A stretch of DNA of 64,000 nucleotides from Thermoanaerobaculia bacterium (GTDB lineage: Bacteria > Acidobacteriota > Thermoanaerobaculia > Multivoradales > JBJKRB01), in the NCBI GenBank assembly GCA_046704885.1, contig JBJKRB010000111.1, forward strand, positions 15,003 to 79,002, read 5' to 3'. How positions within the stretch are numbered: position 1 is the first letter of the stretch; every line of letters begins with the position of its first letter. The position numbers were made by a program, and so were the translations under genes. This document shows positions 58,612 to 64,000 of the stretch, piece by piece. The notes under the pieces were generated by a model, which was not told the origin of the DNA, did no database searches, and saw nothing but the letters and a program-made list of their open reading frames with translations.

Positions 58612-61027
58612 CGTCGCCGGGCCCCGCGGAGTCCGCGCCGATCTTAGCAGTCCCCGGACGTCTTCCTCGCCCCCGGAGCGGAGCCGATCCCCGCCACTCC
58701 GCAAGAACGACCAGGACCAGTGCCCCGAGCAGGGCGAGAGCAGCCTCCCACCCCAGCGGCCGGCGATCCGTGGCAACGCGAAGCCGATGATGGCCCGCTG
58801 GCACCCGCACGGCCATGCGGTCGAGGTTCGCGACCTCGATGGGCACCCGTCTTCCGTCCAGCCAAGCCCGATAGAAGGCCTGATAAGCACGTTGGATGAG
58901 AACCGCGCCGGAACCGGTCGAATCGACGATCACCGACAGAGACTCCGGAGTCGAGCGCTCCAGGCGTAACGTCCCGCGTCCGTCGTCCGAGGGTTTTCCC
59001 ACTCCGGCGAGGACCGCCGAGCTCCTGGGGTCGAATTCGGGAGCGACCAAGCGATCGTAAGTGCTACCGATGTCGCCGGAGTAGCGCAGGTGACCGGCGA
59101 AAGCGACCTGAGGGGCGGATCGCTCCACTCGGTAGACATAGACCGGCTGACCGATGAGGGTGCCGCTCCATACGAGGGAGACCTGACTCGCGACGAAGGC
59201 GCTCAGAGGAGCGTCCACGATCAGGCGATCCACCCCCCAGGCCGCCAGCAGACGCAGACGGTCGCCATCGCTGCGCGCGTTCTGCATCACTCGCACCGCC
59301 GTCTGGCTGAGAAAAGAGTCGAGCCCCTCGGGTGAGGGCGCCAGATCGAATCGCCGCCGCCAGATAGGGCCGCCCATGGGATAGAGCGTGGCGAACGCCC
59401 GGCGCTCGAGCCAGTAGGCCCGGTTCGAAGGAAAAGGACCTTGGCTCAGTTTCGAAGGGCCCATGACCTGCCCGTAAGCGCCCCGGACCGTCAGGCCGGC
59501 AGCGGGGACCTGGGCGAGCAGCGCGGGTGGATGGAGATAGGGGGCGACGCGATCCGTCGGCATCAGGGGCCGGAGGAAGAACAGTTGCGTCGCGGCATGC
59601 AGGGCAAGCAGAACCGCGCCGGCAACCAAGGGCCAGCGGCGGGCGAAGCGAAAGGCTAGCGCGAAAAGCGCCAGCACCAGGAGTGAGAGCAGACACAGTC
59701 CCGCCCAGCGCAGACGCTCGAAGGAGACGAAGCTGCTCGCAAAGCTCGAAGGGATGAGCCGACGGAGCATGGCAGAGCCGGCTTGGGGAGTGAGAACAAG
59801 GACCGTCCACAAGGCCAGGAGAACCGCCGCCAAGGCGATCAGGGCGACGGTGAGTCGGCGGCGCGCTCGCTTCTCTCCCTTGTTCACCGCACGCTCGAAT
59901 CCGATCGCCGCGAGCAACGTCCCGCCGATCGCCACCGGCAGCCAGAACTTCACCGGATAGCGGAAGCTGCGCCCAATTCCGGCATCCCAGAACCACCCCA
60001 GCAGAGGATTGAAACGCCCGAGGGCAAAGAAGACGCCACCCCCCGCAATGCTCCACGCCCAGATCCGCTCCCGGCCCCGCGGCAAACCGGAGGCCGCCAC
60101 CAGTCCCAGAACGAGAAGCCCCGGGTAGAGGGAAAAGTAGTAAGGGGGATTTCCGGTGAAGAACCGCCGTCCCCAGAAGCTCGCGGTCGCCAAGCGATCG
60201 GGTCGGCCGAATAGAAAGGGCAAAAGCCATCCCGCCGCCTGCCGCGGATCCCAGCTCGCCACGGTGGTCGCGGTCGGCGAATATCCCCAGTAGCCACGAA
60301 ACGACAACGGCAGGATCCGCCACATCTCGATCAACTGCGATGAGGCAACGAGGGTTCCCGCCGCGAGGGAAGCCGCGATCATGACGGCGGGACGGAGCAG
60401 GCGCCGGGACCAGCCCCGGTCGAACAGCATGGCCACCAATGCCAGGAGCAGAGCGAGCGCCGCGGTAAACGGGTCGCCCGCCAATAGCATGAGGGCCCAA
60501 AGCCCCCCTACCGCCGCGAGCCGCCAACCCGCCGGCCGGCGAGCGCTAGCGAGAGTGGCCGCGATCAAGGCCGGAGCGAGTGCCACCCCGGCAATGAGGT
60601 TGTAGAAGTTGAGGTTCGACAGAAAGAATCCGGAGACCGCGTAGATCACCCCGGCTGTCCACGCCGCGGTCCGTTCGAGGCCCCACTCGCGAGCCAGCCA
60701 GAACATCGCCCAGGGCGCAATTAGAAGATGGAGCCAAAAGTGAGCGTTGAGCGCCCACAGAGCGGACGCCAACAGATAGAGGATGTTGTCCGGATAGAAC
60801 GGCACGGAATTTGGGTTGCCGGCGAGCGGCTGCCCACCCCCCCGGTAGGCATCGATCAAGGGCACGTACCCGGCCCGCAACGCTTGCGCCTCTGCGCTCT
60901 TCATCTCGAAGTGCGCGTTGAGAACGTCCCGTAGATAGAGCGTGCGCGCGCCGGTAATCAACGGGAATACCGACACGGCGATAAGCACCATGGTGGGAAG
61001 GACGTAGAGAAACAGAAAGCGTTTCAA
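58592..61027 (-). CDS. YfhO-like large polytopic membrane protein (putative GT-C glycosyltransferase)
   Basis: 811 aa with about 14 TMs, a soluble C-terminal domain and a final TM. The loop GGGQPLAGNPNSVPFYPDNILYLL resembles the YfhO-family signature. Confidence 0.8.
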   Translation of the reverse strand: MKRFLFLYVLPTMVLIAVSVFPLITGARTLYLRDVLNAHFEMKSAEAQALRAGYVPLIDAYRGGGQPLAGNPNSVPFYPDNILYLLASALWALNAHFWLHLLIAPWAMFWLAREWGLERTAAWTAGVIYAVSGFFLSNLNFYNLIAGVALAPALIAATLASARRPAGWRLAAVGGLWALMLLAGDPFTAALALLLALVAMLFDRGWSRRLLRPAVMIAASLAAGTLVASSQLIEMWRILPLSFRGYWGYSPTATTVASWDPRQAAGWLLPFLFGRPDRLATASFWGRRFFTGNPPYYFSLYPGLLVLGLVAASGLPRGRERIWAWSIAGGGVFFALGRFNPLLGWFWDAGIGRSFRYPVKFWLPVAIGGTLLAAIGFERAVNKGEKRARRRLTVALIALAAVLLALWTVLVLTPQAGSAMLRRLIPSSFASSFVSFERLRWAGLCLLSLLVLALFALAFRFARRWPLVAGAVLLALHAATQLFFLRPLMPTDRVAPYLHPPALLAQVPAAGLTVRGAYGQVMGPSKLSQGPFPSNRAYWLERRAFATLYPMGGPIWRRRFDLAPSPEGLDSFLSQTAVRVMQNARSDGDRLRLLAAWGVDRLIVDAPLSAFVASQVSLVWSGTLIGQPVYVYRVERSAPQVAFAGHLRYSGDIGSTYDRLVAPEFDPRSSAVLAGVGKPSDDGRGTLRLERSTPESLSVIVDSTGSGAVLIQRAYQAFYRAWLDGRRVPIEVANLDRMAVRVPAGHHRLRVATDRRPLGWEAALALLGALVLVVLAEWRGSAPLRGRGRRPGTAKIGADSAGPGDDGKNSS

Positions 61028-63402
61028 GGAGCGCTCGGTTCAGCGGGTTCGGATTGCTCTCGCCGGATCGGCGCGAGTGCGATCCCGAGGAGGAGCATGA
61101 AGGCGAGGAGCGCGGCGCCACCCGCGACAGCGACCGGCCGGCCCGGCACCCACACCTCGACGCGGTAGTGTCCCGCCGGCACGACCACGCCAAGCAGATC
61201 GAGGTCAACGGGCATCGTTTCGAGCGCCATTCCGCTCTCGGTCCGGGCATCGTAGAGCTGTTGGTAGGCCCGGCGTATCGCCACCACGCCACCTTCGCTC
61301 TCGACGCTGAAGACCACCCGGTCGGGCTTCTCCTCGAGAATGGAGACTCGCCCGCCGGGGGACTGGTCGAGAGCATGGCTCACGATAAGCCGCGCGACCG
61401 GGTCGGGAGAGAAGCTGACCTCCTTGAGAGCCTCGATGGGATTCGCTCCCACTTCGACGCTCTGCGGCCACCAGATTGCGGGGGCCGGCGCCGGGACCCG
61501 GGCCAGCCAGACTCGAGTTCCCGCGAGGACCTTGCTGTCGATCACGGTCAGTCGCGGATCGGGAGGCGGCTCGAACAAGATGACCCCCGAAACGCCGTGG
61601 ACCCGTAGCCAGTTGATGCGAGCCGGCCAATCGAGCTTCGCCAAGTTGAACAACATCAGGCTGGTCAAAGGGGAGAAGAGACCTTCGACGTCTGGTTGCA
61701 TCGGATACGAGAGGCCATCGAGGAGACCCGGTGTCGCGCCGAGAGTGGCCGCTCGGATCCTCTCGAGCGAGTAGCGGGGTCCGGGCGCAAGGTCGAACTG
61801 AGGATTCCTGAAGAACGGTGGGTTGGTGCTCGTCTCGTCGAAGACCGCTTTAGGCGGCGGCACCTTGTTCACCCACTCGGGGGTGGCCCGGTAGGGGCGA
61901 GTCGAATCGGTCAGGTTGAGGGGCGCGAGCTGCGCCAGCGCCAAGACCTGAACCAGAATCACCCAACTTGGACGTCGTGTTCTGACCGCCCAGGCAGTCA
62001 CTAGCAGGACTCCGGCCAGGAGCAGAAGTGCGACGACCCATTGCTCGAGGTTGACGGCGAGGATCTCGCGGCCATGGCCGGAGAGCTCCGAAGCTCCATG
62101 CGCCGCGAGGGCGCGGCCGACGTCGCGTTCAAGAACGGGACGGACGAGTAGGAGAGCCCCGGCAAAAAACAAGGCCAACACCGCCAGCGCCAATGGAGCT
62201 CGCGGGAACCTGCTCTTTCCCCTCGGCGGTCTTCGCTCGAGCCAAGCGTCGAGCCCCCAACCGGCGAGTAATGGAATCGCCAACACGGCCCAGAAAAAGA
62301 ACTTGACCGGAAAGCGAAAGAGTCCGAACGACAGAATCCCCAACAGATCTCCGGAAAAACCGAAGATGATGGACAACGCCAGGCCGCAAAGACCGAGTAG
62401 CGCCCACGCTTTCGCCGTTCGCGAGGTGCGCACGCCTCGAATGCAGAGCCACAACGCCCCGGCACCGAAGTAAAGACTCAGGATGTACGGGATAGAGTGG
62501 AGCACTCCTCGAGCCCACACCGCATGGGGTCCGACGTAGCCCGGCCAGCCCCAGGGCAACGGAATGAGGAACTCGAGCAGGCGCGCCGGCGTCAGCGCGA
62601 AGTCCGAGGCTTGGCTCGCCAGAACCCCGTGGCCACCGCGAAATGTAAAGTGGATGATCCGCAGGGAGGCTACGATCTGGGGCAGAGCCACCACGAGCCC
62701 CGCCGCTCCGATCACAAAGGCGGTAAGGAGCCCTTTCTTCCATCCCCACTTCCCAACCGCCACCAGCGCCAGGGGCACGATCCCCAGTGCCGCCAGCATC
62801 GGCGCCCCTGAGAGCAGGGCGAGCCCACAGGCGATCCCCCCCAGAGCGATGCCGCGGCGTCCGCCGAGGGCGGTGCCGGCGAGAACCAGCGGCCACCAGG
62901 CGGTGAAAGTCACGATGTTGTAGAAGGTCAGCGCCGAGAACATCCATCCACAGCCGGCATAGGTCAGCGCTGCCAAGAGGGCCGCCCAGGGCTTCAATCC
63001 CAGTGCCCGTGCCAGGACTCCCATCGCCAGTAATGCCAGGAGCCAGTGGAGAACGTAATGGAGATTGAACGCCGACCAGAAGGGCAGGACTAGATACAGC
63101 AGATTGTCCGGATAGAACGGCAGGGTGTCGGGATTGCCACGGAACGGCTGACCAAGACCCCAGGTGGGATTGAACGCCGGAATGCTCCCCGACTCGAGCG
63201 CCTTGGTACCGAATGCTTTATATGGAAGATGGACAGTGAAAACGTCGCGAAAAAAGAACGTCCGGCTTCCCAGGGCGAGAGGCAGAGAGACGCAAAGCCA
63301 GAGCAGCACGATCAGGGCGAGCACCAGAAGCGGGCCCCTGTCGCGACCGGATGAAATCCTCCAGTGCCGCCATCCTCGGCGCCCTTTCTCGCCGCTTCTC
63401 AC
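61024..63402 (-). CDS. YfhO-like large polytopic membrane protein, tandem paralog
   Basis: Collinear with the neighbour: RTFFFRDV / RTLYLRDV, GQPFRGNPDTLPFYPDNLLYL, and C-terminal VPAGHYRVEV / VPAGHHRLRV. The track ORF extends to 63561 but would overlap the divergent UbiA gene start. GTG at 63402 is my preferred start and is uncertain. Confidence 0.78.
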   Translation of the reverse strand: MRSGEKGRRGWRHWRISSGRDRGPLLVLALIVLLWLCVSLPLALGSRTFFFRDVFTVHLPYKAFGTKALESGSIPAFNPTWGLGQPFRGNPDTLPFYPDNLLYLVLPFWSAFNLHYVLHWLLALLAMGVLARALGLKPWAALLAALTYAGCGWMFSALTFYNIVTFTAWWPLVLAGTALGGRRGIALGGIACGLALLSGAPMLAALGIVPLALVAVGKWGWKKGLLTAFVIGAAGLVVALPQIVASLRIIHFTFRGGHGVLASQASDFALTPARLLEFLIPLPWGWPGYVGPHAVWARGVLHSIPYILSLYFGAGALWLCIRGVRTSRTAKAWALLGLCGLALSIIFGFSGDLLGILSFGLFRFPVKFFFWAVLAIPLLAGWGLDAWLERRPPRGKSRFPRAPLALAVLALFFAGALLLVRPVLERDVGRALAAHGASELSGHGREILAVNLEQWVVALLLLAGVLLVTAWAVRTRRPSWVILVQVLALAQLAPLNLTDSTRPYRATPEWVNKVPPPKAVFDETSTNPPFFRNPQFDLAPGPRYSLERIRAATLGATPGLLDGLSYPMQPDVEGLFSPLTSLMLFNLAKLDWPARINWLRVHGVSGVILFEPPPDPRLTVIDSKVLAGTRVWLARVPAPAPAIWWPQSVEVGANPIEALKEVSFSPDPVARLIVSHALDQSPGGRVSILEEKPDRVVFSVESEGGVVAIRRAYQQLYDARTESGMALETMPVDLDLLGVVVPAGHYRVEVWVPGRPVAVAGGAALLAFMLLLGIALAPIRREQSEPAEPSAP

Positions 63403-63514
63403 CGTGGGATCGTCGCTTCCTCTCTCGGGCAACAACGGCCAGTTTATACCCCCGGCGATCCGCTCCCGGAGCCCGACTCTCCTCTCTAGCGAGCGCAAAC
63501 CATAGAATGAGGTG

Positions 63515-64000
63515 ATGCTCTTCGCCCTGGTCCGCGCTTTGCGGCCTGCCCAGTGGGCCAAGAATCTCTTCGTCTTGGCACCGATCGTCTTCGCCCAGAA
63601 GTTGCTCGACCCCCACGCGGCGGCGAGAGCGCTGCTCGCATTCCTGGCTTTCAGCGCCGCCTCGAGCGCAATCTATCTGCTCAACGATCTGCGCGATCGC
63701 GAAGAGGATCGCCGGCACCCGATCAAGAAGCTGCGACCGATCGCGTCGGGCGCGCTCCCCACCAGCGTCGCCGCCGCCAGCGCGCTCGTCCTGGCGGTCG
63801 CCGCCGTCAGCCTTTGCGCGTGGATTGGCACGCCGGTCTTGATCCTCGTGCTCCTCTACCTGGTGCTCAATCTCGCCTACTCCTTCGGGCTCAAGCAGGT
63901 GGCGATTCTCGACGTGCTCATCGTCTCCATCGGCTTCGTGCTACGAGTGATGGTCGGGGCCGATGCCATCGCGGTCAGGATCTCGAGCTGGCTGCTGCTC
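63515..64000 (+). CDS. UbiA-family prenyltransferase, decaprenyl-phosphate phosphoribosyltransferase (DPPR synthase)-like; 3' end beyond the window
   Basis: Absent from the track because it runs off the end. My translation is MLFALVRALRPAQWAKNLFVLAPIVFA...IYLLNDLRDREEDRRHPIKKLRPIASGAL. This carries the NDxxDxxxD and HPxK(K/R)xRPIASG pattern typical of the Rv3806c-type subfamily. Confidence 0.85.
   Translation, partial: MLFALVRALRPAQWAKNLFVLAPIVFAQKLLDPHAAARALLAFLAFSAASSAIYLLNDLRDREEDRRHPIKKLRPIASGALPTSVAAASALVLAVAAVSLCAWIGTPVLILVLLYLVLNLAYSFGLKQVAILDVLIVSIGFVLRVMVGADAIAVRISSWLLL

Overview
This is a GC-rich chromosomal segment from a diderm bacterium. LPS genes and a CarboxypepD_reg-type TonB-dependent receptor hint at an Acidobacteriota-like lineage, with low confidence. 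I support about 60 genes. No transposase, integrase, CRISPR array or rRNA was seen.

Layout:
- 1-13.5 kb: housekeeping genes on the minus strand. These are the start of the dcw cluster (mraZ-rsmH-ftsL-ftsI-murE) with a recognisable MraZ operator and promoter, two parvulin PPIases, mfd, a CPA2 antiporter, and ftsB-eno.
- 13.6-15.7 kb: an unknown membrane-protein pair and an initiator tRNA-fMet.
- 15.8-30.2 kb: a dense signalling island. It holds a DHp-only mini-protein, a minus-strand operon encoding a HisKA-REC-class III cyclase fusion, a hybrid kinase and a CheY, and a divergent operon. The divergent operon encodes an acetyl-CoA hydrolase/transferase-GNAT fusion, a double-cNMP-binding patatin lipase, a porin-like OMP, a small PBP-like protein and a Cache/HAMP/PAS kinase.
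- 30.2-38.8 kb: mixed metabolism, namely c-type cytochromes, yqgE, pdxH, SDRs, a GNAT and a TonB-dependent receptor.
- 38.9-51.4 kb: one long minus-strand operon headed by an ECF sigma/anti-sigma pair. It encodes a hybrid T2SS/T4P-type machine with GspE/F-like proteins, PilMNOP-like proteins, a TPR-secretin-cohesin fusion, a mini-secretin and three prepilin-type proteins, and it ends in dut.
- 51.6-55.6 kb: LPS core genes (waaA-lpxK-degenerate lpxL-like-GT9).
- 55.7-64 kb: an SDR, biotin carboxylase plus BCCP co-transcribed with two paralogous YfhO-like GT-C membrane proteins, and divergently a DPPR-synthase-like UbiA prenyltransferase.

The best candidates for unexplored biology are the ECF-controlled secretin/cohesin filament system, the cyclase / cNMP-patatin / CoA-transferase-GNAT module, and the YfhO x2 + UbiA + biotin-carboxylase locus. 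All functional calls rest on motif recognition by eye; no database search was run.
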